A stretch of DNA of 64,000 bases, from the NCBI GenBank assembly GCA_963827655.1, contig CAWHCF010000037.1, forward strand, positions 32,001 through 96,000, in the 5' to 3' direction. Shown here one piece after another: positions 11,728 to 20,090 of the stretch. Every line of letters begins with the position of its first letter. Position 1 is the stretch's first letter. Under the pieces are notes generated by a model. It did no database searches and was not told where the DNA came from. It was given only the letters and a program-made list of their open reading frames with translations. This DNA is from an uncultured Acidobacteriota bacterium. Its GTDB lineage: Bacteria > Acidobacteriota > UBA6911. A program made the translations under genes and the position numbers.

Positions 11728-13152
11728 TCACCGATTTCTCGGCCAGTCATTCACTCTCTGATCCTCGGCTGCGGCGACCTCGCTCAGGAGCTTGTCGAGG
11801 CCCGCACGGTCGAAGAGGCGTCCGCGCAGGATGACCGCCCTGATCCGTCTCAGGTTGCGGATGTCCTCGAGAGGGTTTGCGTCCAGGAGAACGAGGTCCG
11901 CGACTTTGCCGGCAGCCACCGTCCCTGCGGAATCGGCAAGCCCGAGAAACTCGGCCGGGCGGATTGTAGCGCATTCGATGGCCTGCGCGGGTGTCATGCC
12001 CAGCTCGTTGACGAATAGTTCCAGCTCCTCGTGCAGAGAGGAACCCGGGAAGATATTCAGGACCCCCACGTCGGAGCCCGCCATGATCCGGACGCCGGCC
12101 TCGCGCATCTCGCGCAGATTCCGCAGCGCGCTCGGAGCGATCTGGCGGAACTGCGCGCGACGCTCCGCCGTCTGTTCCAGCACCTGCTCCTTCCAGTCGA
12201 GGATCAGGAACCGGGAGAGATATCGGCGGCGAAGATCCAGCTTTCCCTCCGCGTCGTCCACAATTGCGCGCAGGACATCGTCGGGCGCAAGGATCGACTT
12301 GGGCACGGTGACCATCGTGGGTACAACTCCGATACCCGCGGCGGCGAACCGGCGAAAGAGGGCGAGACGCGCGTCGCGCGACATTTCATCCAGGGTGGGA
12401 AACAGTCCGTGCTCGATGCTCTTCTGCCCGGCGGCCAGGATGTCCTCCGGCGCGATGCCGAAGGCGTGGCCGACAAGAGGAAGCTTGTGAGCCCGGGCGG
12501 CCGCGGCGATGGCCATATATGTCTCACGATCCTGAACCGTCCGGATCTTGACATGATCCACTTCGCTTCGGGCCAGCGACGCCACAACCCGGCGCGCATC
12601 CTCGGGAGAACCGACAGGAATGCGCGTGCGCTCGACCGGCTCGACCATTTCCTCGGGCGGTGTCTTGCGCATGCGCTCCACGTTGCCGGCCGATTCGAGG
12701 TAGGGACCCGCAAGCAGGATCCGCGGTCCGATGCGAACACCCGAGCGCACCTCGCGGCGCCAGCGCAGCAGCTCCTCGTGGTCACCCCCCATGTCGCGCA
12801 CGGTGGTCACGCCGTTGACGACAAACAGGCCGAGCGCCGATGAGCGCGTTTTCGAAATGTGCGCGTGCATCTCGAAGAGTCCGGGAACCAGATATTTTCC
12901 TGTACCGTCGACGATCCTTGCGTCTGCCGGGACATCGGTTGCGCGGTCCGGACTCACAGCCGAGATCCTGTCTCCCCGAACCAGAACCGTCATGTGCTCG
13001 AGCGGAGGTGCGGGCGTGACCGTAATGACCGTTACGTTCCGGATCGCGAACGTCGCGGGCGGCTGCGCCCCGACGCCGGAGCAAAGGACGATGGCCGCGC
13101 ACAACGCGAGGGCAACCACTCCGCCGCTGATTGTCAAAGCTTTTCGCCGCAT
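11728..13152 (-). CDS. Secreted amidohydrolase family protein
   Basis: DGTGKYLVPGLFEMHAH, GVTTVRDMG, AGSD, GKVADLVLLDANPLEDI. Confidence 0.9.
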   Translation of the reverse strand: MRRKALTISGGVVALALCAAIVLCSGVGAQPPATFAIRNVTVITVTPAPPLEHMTVLVRGDRISAVSPDRATDVPADARIVDGTGKYLVPGLFEMHAHISKTRSSALGLFVVNGVTTVRDMGGDHEELLRWRREVRSGVRIGPRILLAGPYLESAGNVERMRKTPPEEMVEPVERTRIPVGSPEDARRVVASLARSEVDHVKIRTVQDRETYMAIAAAARAHKLPLVGHAFGIAPEDILAAGQKSIEHGLFPTLDEMSRDARLALFRRFAAAGIGVVPTMVTVPKSILAPDDVLRAIVDDAEGKLDLRRRYLSRFLILDWKEQVLEQTAERRAQFRQIAPSALRNLREMREAGVRIMAGSDVGVLNIFPGSSLHEELELFVNELGMTPAQAIECATIRPAEFLGLADSAGTVAAGKVADLVLLDANPLEDIRNLRRIRAVILRGRLFDRAGLDKLLSEVAAAEDQRVNDWPRNR

Positions 13153-13247
13153 CGGGCCTCCCGACAGTCTGTTCTGATCCAGAACGTTCCCGGCATGCGT
13201 TTTGTTCGACCATGAATGCAGTAGCGCGGAATCAGGCATCAGTCGTC

Positions 13248-13350
13248 TTGACCCCCACGGGATTCGAGGCTATGTTAGCTATGTGAAAAAGACCAATATA
13301 GCTGAGTGAAAACTCACCTAACTCATCGAGCGGCAGGCGCTACTGAAGGC
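13248..13350 (+). pseudogene. Possible relic of a Phd/YefM-like antitoxin with its promoter
   Basis: TTGACC-17nt-TATGTT followed by GTG-KKTNIAE*KLT*LIER; palindrome agctat...atagct. Confidence 0.35.
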
Positions 13351-13417
13351 CTGGCGCACGATCCCGCCGAAAGCACTGCGGATTGCAGATTGTGAATTGC
13401 ACAACGGGGAGGGATTC

Positions 13418-13822
13418 ATGGCCAGGGCGATGCAACTGAACCTGACACTGCCAAACACGATGGGAACGCTGGCGCGGCTATGCCGCGACCTGGCCGACGG
13501 CGGCGTGAACCTGCTCGCGCTGGCCGCTGTGGAGACCGACGGAACTACAGGCCTCATCCGGCTGGTCGTTGCCAATCCCGAGCTGGCGACGCGCGCCGTA
13601 GCAAAGGCCGGGTATGCCTTCACAACTCAGGAAGTCCTCTTCATCGAACTGAAGAACCGGCCGGGCGCGCTGGCCAAGGCGACCGAGAAGCTCCAGCGTG
13701 CCGGAATCGTGATCCGCTATGCCTATGCGACGGCGTACTCGAAGGCGCAGAAGACCGCCGCTGTCATCGCCGTCGACGCGGACGATTTTGAGCGAGGGGC
13801 GCAGCTGATGGCAGGGCGGTAG
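13418..13822 (+). CDS. ACT domain-containing protein (tandem ACT)
   Basis: LPNTMGTLARL..GVNLL and LKNRPGALA..GIVIRYAYA; GGAGGG RBS. Confidence 0.85.
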   Translation: MARAMQLNLTLPNTMGTLARLCRDLADGGVNLLALAAVETDGTTGLIRLVVANPELATRAVAKAGYAFTTQEVLFIELKNRPGALAKATEKLQRAGIVIRYAYATAYSKAQKTAAVIAVDADDFERGAQLMAGR

Positions 13823-14040
13823 CGGCGAGATGGCCGCGCGCTCAAGCGCCGGGCGCTGGAAGGCCTCACGGTTCTTCCTTATCGAGATTTCCTCGAGGCG
13901 CTTTGGGGTGGAGAGTACACGTAGCTGTCCGAGTTGGCCAAGGCTTCGCAATCAGCTCTACTGTGGCTCAGAACAAGCCCTCGTGTGCGACGCAACAGGC
14001 TTGCAGAACTATCAGATGCTGAGAAATGACCAATGAAGCT

Positions 14041-14111
14041 TTTGTGCCTAGGAAGCCGGACGGGCTTGATAGCCCGCCGCACATGAACCGGGCTAGTTTT
14101 GCAACGTCTCT
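14041..14111 (-). repeat. MITE/REP-like repeat, inverted copy of 32886-32958
   Basis: Reverse complement gagacgttgcaaaactagcccggttcatgtgcggcgggctatcaagcccgtccggcttcctaggcacaa nearly matches 32886-32958. Confidence 0.8.
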
Positions 14112-14131
14112 GCTGAGGCGTCGGGCGCCTC

Positions 14132-15019
14132 TCAGGGTTTCTTGGGCGTCTCGGGTTTCCGGTGCTCTTCACCCTCGGTCGGAGCAACCCCCGACCGGGT
14201 ACCCGGAGCCGCGGTCATCCCGAGCGCTGCCTGCGCTCCCGAACGTATGAGGCTGGTTTCGCCGGGGCCCTGGAAGAAGGTGTAACCGGGGCGGTTTTTC
14301 CAGGCCAGCGGACCGCCCAGCTTCAAACCGGCCTTCAACGTCAGATCGTGGACCTTGGTCACCAGCGTCTCATACTGGGGCTCTCCCTGTTTGTATCCCG
14401 AAAAGCTGCTCAGGTCGGTGCTGGCGACAAACACCACATCGATTCCAGGGACGGCCGCGATCTGATCCGCGATCGCCACGCCGTCCGGCGATTCGATCAT
14501 GGCAACGACCATGATGTTGTCGTTGGCGGTCCGGCGGTAGTCATTCCCCCACAGTGCGCCATACTGACCACCCCCCTGGCTGCGCTTTCCGATGGGCGGA
14601 AACTTGGCGAACTTGACGCCGGCCCGTGCTTTCTCAACGGTATCAACCATGGGAATGATGATGCCCAGCGCCCCGTTGTCTACCGCCTTTTGGATATCCC
14701 CCTCGGTCGAATCCGGCACGCGAACAAACGGAATCGCCGGGGTTCCCTTGGCGGCCCACATCATTCTGGCTACCTCATGATGAGTCAGCGGACTGTGCTG
14801 CATCTCGATCCAGAGAAAATCGAACCCGGCATTCGCCATCGCATAATAGATTTCCGGGTCGGAAGAGGATACAGTTCCGCCGACAATCTGCTTCCCTTCC
14901 TTCAATTTCAGCTTTGCCGTATTGTACATTCGCCCCTCTCCCTGCTGCGCGTGCGCCGCCCATCGAATCGTCAAGCAAAGCATCGCGCAGACCATGATCC
15001 ACAGAGTATGTCGCCTCAT
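14132..15019 (-). CDS. HpcH/HpaI aldolase family protein with N-terminal signal peptide
   Basis: GFDFLWIEMQHSP, PFVRVP, GALGIIIP, AMIESPDG, IDVVFVASTDL. Confidence 0.88.
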   Translation of the reverse strand: MRRHTLWIMVCAMLCLTIRWAAHAQQGEGRMYNTAKLKLKEGKQIVGGTVSSSDPEIYYAMANAGFDFLWIEMQHSPLTHHEVARMMWAAKGTPAIPFVRVPDSTEGDIQKAVDNGALGIIIPMVDTVEKARAGVKFAKFPPIGKRSQGGGQYGALWGNDYRRTANDNIMVVAMIESPDGVAIADQIAAVPGIDVVFVASTDLSSFSGYKQGEPQYETLVTKVHDLTLKAGLKLGGPLAWKNRPGYTFFQGPGETSLIRSGAQAALGMTAAPGTRSGVAPTEGEEHRKPETPKKP

Positions 15020-15283
15020 AACCATAACCTCTCTTTCTCGGAGCATCACTTCGGCTTTGCGGAAGTTCCCGGGCTCGCGCAAGCGTTGCCGCGCATTCCT
15101 GGCCCCATCCCTGAGTGCCGCAGTTCGCACCAACAGTGACGTCTTGGAGTTCGGCCGCTTGCTTAAGCCTGCTGCCGCATTCGGTGCCAATCAAAGCGTC
15201 TCGCTTTTGCGGGACGCGCTTCAAAAAAAGGCCGCCGGAAATACGTTACCGTTATGAAACCGTTTGCCAGAAGCCTGGTCGGC

Positions 15284-15854
15284 CTATCGAACCTGAACCA
15301 GAGTCTGCAAATCGATGTCCGAGGGATTGGCGTTGGTAATGGCGCCGGCGAGCGGAAGTGAGATCTCGATGTCAACGTTCTTACAGATCGATTCCGTACA
15401 GGCCTGGCCGCGAACTGCGATTCGCGCGGGCGCCGACCCCGAACGCCGGATCTTCGCTGCAAACAGAGCCTCCTTTTCGAAGATCCAGGTGAACCAGTTC
15501 AACTCGGGCCTGCGAGGCGTCTTTCGGCGGCGTCTGATACCAGCGCCCTACCACCTCCAGCCCTTCGGACACTTTGATTTCAGTAGGACGCTCGATGCCA
15601 AGAGACTGTTTGCCCGCGAGTTTCTCCTTCGCGCGTTGACTATTATCCATCGCGAACGTGTGCCATCCGGGCTCCAGTGTCGCCTGGACGACCAGATACT
15701 GTCCGCTCAGTCTGGCGCGGTACGAAAGGCAGCGGGTGACCTCGTGACGCACCTCGACCGGCATCGTCCAGTCACCCGCCCGAATCGCTTCGGCCCCCGA
15801 GACGCCGAGAGCAATCATGATCTGTAAAGCAGTCCGCCCGATAAAATTGATCAT
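15284..15854 (-). CDS. DsbD N-terminal-like (Ig-fold disulfide reductase) secreted protein; frameshift ~15520
   Basis: LEPGWHTFAMD motif and GQACTESIC cysteine pair; coupled to the upstream gene by an ATGA overlap. Confidence 0.65.
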
Positions 15855-17096
15855 TTGCGAAAACTCATCCTGTAAGTCTTGAGGGGCATCGGTATTCGCT
15901 TCCCCTCGCGCAGCACGTCAAGCATAACAGAATCCCCCGCCTTCTTTCGCAGCTTGATGAAAAGGTCCGCCGTATCCGCCAATTCATCTCGCTCCACACC
16001 GTCGACGCCGACGATAATATCACTGACCCGCAGTTCGTGGCTCTTCACCATTTTGACAAGTTCATCGACGCGTGTGACCTCGCTGGCAAATCCTTCCGGT
16101 AGGAGCCCACGCTGGCGCTTTTCGGACTCGGTCAGTGGACGAGATGCGAAGTATACCCGAGGCTCGACGGTCGATTGCCGGAACGTCAGATCGGTCCACC
16201 ACCAGCGCGTCGGGAGTGCTACGGTGAGCTCGATGGCCTCGCCGCCTCTATCAACGCCAAGCAGAATCCGTTCGGCGCGACGATCAACCTTGTCGTATTG
16301 ATACTGCAGGTCGCCGAAGGTCCAGACCGGTGTTCCATTGAGCGCGGTAATCCGATCGCCCGGTTTCATGCCGGCCGCCTGAACGGCATCACGCGCGTCC
16401 TTCACCATCAGGCCCTTGGGCACGTCCAGGTGAATACCGAGGGTCTTGATGTCCGGCGAACGATACACGTGCTTCAACTTGTCAAGAGTCCCATCCTGCT
16501 CGCGATGGAGGTTCTGAAAGTCGCCGATGAGATGACACTCGACGCAGGCGTTGCGCTTGATGGTCCTCTCGACCAGTAATGGAATTTCGCGGGGAAACAG
16601 CGGCTTGGGACGCTCCGCCTTCTTCAATTCACCTTGCTGGTAACGGCGATGTAGTTCCAGACCCTGCTGCAGCGCCAGCTCCAGACTACTCAGATTCAAG
16701 TAGGTGTCCGGCGAGGCCCAGTCTCGCCCGCCGTACCTCATATAGATCTGCTCGTCCTCATTCAGGATGAAAAAATAGAGCGTATTGTTCCAATCGCGAT
16801 CGAACAGGCCGATATCGACCTCATCCATCTTCGTGACGCGCACCAACACGTACTGACTCAGGAGTTTGCCGCGCGGCGAATCTTTCGGTGACAGCACAAC
16901 CTGTGCGTCAAAAACCCGTCCGGCAATTCAAGCCTCACACCGAAATTCGAGAAAAATCGGCTTGTGGGTTTGCTTGGCCTGCCGAAGGGCTTCACGGTAG
17001 TTTTCCAGCCAAACGATTCCCTCGTTCTGCGGAAGTAAGGGACCGACCGTGGGTATGACCAGACAGGCTAGAAGAGCAAATCCTCTGCACTCTCAT
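15851..17096 (-). CDS. Thioredoxin-like/PDZ selenoprotein (CxxU) with heme-c motif; in-frame UGA at 16930-16928; probable 1-nt error near the start
   Basis: Upstream frame reads ...IVWLENYREALRQAKQTHKPIFLEFRCEA-TGA-IAGRVFDAQVVLSPKD, in frame with ORF 15851..16897. CVECH and PDZ-like segments; GGGAG RBS before ATG 17096. Confidence 0.85.
16889..16910 (-). promoter_or_regulatory. Bacterial SECIS-like hairpin downstream of the UGA
   Basis: Minus strand UGACGCAC-AGGUU-GUGCUGUCA, with a G-containing apical loop about 25 nt after the UGA. Confidence 0.7.
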
Positions 17097-17344
17097 CTGA
17101 AACTACTCCCGAATAAACAGGTCAGTCCGGACCCGGGGCCGTCAACTACCGGGACGCGGATTTCGCTCGACCAACAGTACGCCGTCGCCTCGCGCCGCGT
17201 TTCAGAAGTATACAAGAATCCAGCATTGCGGCAGGCAACGATTTCGCCGGTGACGGAAAGCGCCGTCGGCGTTTCGCCGGATGAGGGTTTTGACCTTCGA
17301 CAGCGCCGTTCTGGTGTATATTGCGGCAACAAGGAGGTTCCACT

Positions 17345-17937
17345 TTGACCACGATAAACGACCCAGCGCTCAAGGCCTGCGACGATTTTATCCACGACAA
17401 GAACATCGACACGACGCGCGATCGCTGGCGGACGAGCTTGCCGCAGCCGCCGAGGCTGCCGTTCGACGCCCAGCGTACCTACTACTGGAAGATCGAGACC
17501 AACGTCGGCACATTGAAGCTGAAGCTCATGCCCGGCGTCGCGCCGATGCATGTCTCGAGCACGATCTTCTCTCGCGCCTCGGTTTTTACGACGGCCTCAG
17601 CCTTCACCGCGTGATCGACCGGTTCATGGCGCAGGGCGGTTGCCCGCTCGGCAGCGGCACTGGGGGACCGGGCTACAAGTATGCGGGCGAGTTCGAGGCG
17701 AGTATCCGCCACGACCGTCCAGGCCTCTTGAGCATGGCGAACGCCGGGCCCGGCACCGACGGAAGCCAATTCTTCATCACATTCGTCCCGACTCCGCACC
17801 TGGATGGCAAGCACACGATCTTCGGTGAGGTAACGGAAGGGATGGACACGCTGAAGGCGCTCGAACAGCGTGGCTCGCGCAGCGGCACGCCGACTGAGCC
17901 GCTCGTGATGACGAAGACGACGATCGAGGTGGCATAA
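17345..17937 (+). CDS. Cyclophilin-type peptidyl-prolyl cis-trans isomerase; frameshift ~17565
   Basis: [43 protein letters not shown]; AAGGAGG RBS before TTG. Confidence 0.9.
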
Positions 17938-17956
17938 CGAGAGGCACACTTCAATA

Positions 17957-17978
17957 TTTCTTCGTGTCTTTGTGGTTA
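17957..17978 (+). repeat. Octamer repeat copy R4 (single arm)
   Basis: tttcttcgtgtctttgtggtta. Confidence 0.75.
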
Positions 17979-18121
17979 ATCAATCTCTTCACGGCTCCAG
18001 AGTCGGTAGTAGAGCTTGAGGCTCAACGGTTCTGCCGGTACAATTCATTCGTTACCGGAATCGTTAATGGAACAGGGCGAAGGCGGCGTACACAGGTCAG
18101 CCCCGCCTCAGAGGAGGTCTC

Positions 18122-18877
18122 GTGAAAAACACTACAATCGCCAGATCGTTGCTTGTTTTACTGCTTGCTCTGGCCTCGGCCGTGGTCATTCCGGCACAGA
18201 CGCGCCTTTTCGAGCAGGACCTGACCGTTCATCAATCCACGACCGGAAGCGGAATGGGAATGGGCACGAAGGCAAAGGCCCGCAGAAGAGCGTCAGCTAT
18301 TTCAGCGGCACTTCCATGAAAAGGACGGGCGCCGAACGGCACCGACATGATCGTGCGCTACGATCAGGGAAAGATCATCACGGTCGATCACAAAAAGAAA
18401 ACCTACACCGAAATGACGCTCGAGCAGCTGCAGCAGAAGATCAACGAGGCCGCGAAGGCGATGAACGAAAACAAAGAGCAGATGGAAGCCCTGCGAAAGA
18501 TGATGGGCCAGTCCTTCGGGCCGGTCTCGGTCACGAAGGAGGGTCCGGGCGAGACGATCGCCGGCTACGCCACCGAGAAATATCTGGTGAAAGGGCCGAT
18601 GGAGATGCAGATCTGGGCCGCTCCCGACCTGAAAATTCCCGGAGCCTATTACGACATGATGAAGCTCAACGTGCCTCAGAATCCGCTTTTCGACATGGGG
18701 AAGATGTTCGAAGAGATGAAGAAGATAAATGGCCTGAGCCTCAAGACGGTCATGACCATGAACGTGATGGGCCGCAGCATGACGACCACGACCGTCGTGA
18801 CCGAAGTGCAGAAAGGAACCATTCCTGCTTCGACTTTCGAGGTCCCGGCGGGCTACAAGGCGGTTGCGGGGAAATAA
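18122..18877 (+). CDS. Secreted DUF4412-like protein; frameshifted
   Basis: Signal peptide in 18122..18319; IITVDHKKKTYTEM, ETIAGY and IPASTFEVPAGYK in 18347..18877. Confidence 0.7.
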
Positions 18878-18936
18878 AGTGCTTCCGCAGGAAATTACTT
18901 GATTGTGAATTCGCGTGGGAACGCTTGATGACATCT

Positions 18937-19545
18937 ATGCGCAAGTTGACGCTCTTTGCTTTGATAACGCTGCTGGCGGACTTCGGCCTGAGGGCCCAGA
19001 ACTCTTCGCCTTCGGAAGAAGCTCTGCTGGGCGGAAGTCTCGACGCTCCCATCCGGATCGATCTCTTTTCAGATTACCAGTGCCCTGTCTGCCGCAATCT
19101 CTACCTGGAAACGATCCGGCCTGTCCTGAAGGACTATGCGGAGGCGAACAAGGTCTGCATCGTCTATCACGACTTCCCCCTCAAGGGGCACCAGTATGCG
19201 CGCGAGGCCGCCCGCTATTCCCAGGCGGCCCTGAGGGTCGGCCGCAGGCAGTGGCTGGCCGTCGTCGACGCCCTGTACACGAACCAGCCGGCCTGGTCAC
19301 AGGACGGCAAAATCGAAGCGGCCATTACCGCGGCCGTGTCTCCCGAGGATCTGCAGAAAATCAAGAAGCTCCTGACCTATCCTTACATCAATGAAGCCAT
19401 CGATCGCGACATCGCGCTGGGCCAGAACCGTAAAGTCGAATCGACCCCCACGCTTTTCGTCACTGCCGTCGGACGTGAACAGAAGGTGGTGGGGGGGATT
19501 CCCTACCCGGTCCTCCGGGACTTCTTCAACCGCATCGTCAAATAA
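18937..19545 (+). CDS. DsbA-family thioredoxin-domain protein
   Basis: Signal peptide, FSDYQCPVC, HDFPL, VESTPTLFV. Confidence 0.88.
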   Translation: MRKLTLFALITLLADFGLRAQNSSPSEEALLGGSLDAPIRIDLFSDYQCPVCRNLYLETIRPVLKDYAEANKVCIVYHDFPLKGHQYAREAARYSQAALRVGRRQWLAVVDALYTNQPAWSQDGKIEAAITAAVSPEDLQKIKKLLTYPYINEAIDRDIALGQNRKVESTPTLFVTAVGREQKVVGGIPYPVLRDFFNRIVK

Positions 19546-19551
19546 TCCCGA

Positions 19552-19971
19552 ATGGGACTCCTGATCCTGCGCTGGGTGTGCATCATCCTTCTGGCGGCGG
19601 TTTTCCTTTACAGCGGATACTCCAAGATGCAGTCGACCCTTCAGTTCGCTGCAGTGCTGGCGCAGTATCAGCTGGTCCCCACCGACCTCGTCCTGCCTCT
19701 CGCGACCTATCTTCCGTGGGGGGAAATCGTCCTGGGACTCTTTCTTCTCACCGGCTGGAAAACGCGCCTCGCCGCCTCGGCCGCCGCTGTGCTCCTGATA
19801 ATCTTCATTGCCGCAATGACCGTGACTTACCTCCGGGGCATCGAAGCCGACTGCGGCTGCTTCGGTATCGGCGAAAAGATCTCGCCGCGAACCATCGGGC
19901 GCGACGCTCTCCTGCTCCTGCCGGCAGTGTTTCTTCTCGCCGAACGGCGCATTCGCGCGCGAGTGAAGTAA
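19552..19971 (+). CDS. MauE/DoxX-family membrane protein
   Basis: TM helices, LPWGEIVLG, DCGCFG. Confidence 0.88.
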   Translation: MGLLILRWVCIILLAAVFLYSGYSKMQSTLQFAAVLAQYQLVPTDLVLPLATYLPWGEIVLGLFLLTGWKTRLAASAAAVLLIIFIAAMTVTYLRGIEADCGCFGIGEKISPRTIGRDALLLLPAVFLLAERRIRARVK

Positions 19972-20005
19972 AAGCCACCGCTAAGACCTGACGCGGCTAA
20001 GAAAT

Positions 20006-20039
20006 CTTGGTGTTTTTTCGTGCTTTGTGTCCTGCGGTA
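20006..20039 (+). repeat. Octamer repeat copy R5 (single arm, degenerate)
   Basis: cttggtgttttttcgtgctttgtgtcctgcggta. Confidence 0.65.
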
Positions 20040-20090
20040 TTGGTTTGGCGTAATTCTGGTGTATATTGCTGCGCAAAAGGAGATCTCCCT

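Noticed and set aside
14131-14160. Repeat-like ctcagggtttcttgggcgtctcgggtt at the aldolase 3' end
   Set aside because: Resembles the octamer family in the same orientation but is too degenerate and lies within coding sequence, so it was not counted.
18016-19545. 509-aa ORF as a single fusion protein
   Set aside because: The N-terminal part is an off-frame reading of the DUF4412-like gene; only the part from 18937 is DsbA-like.
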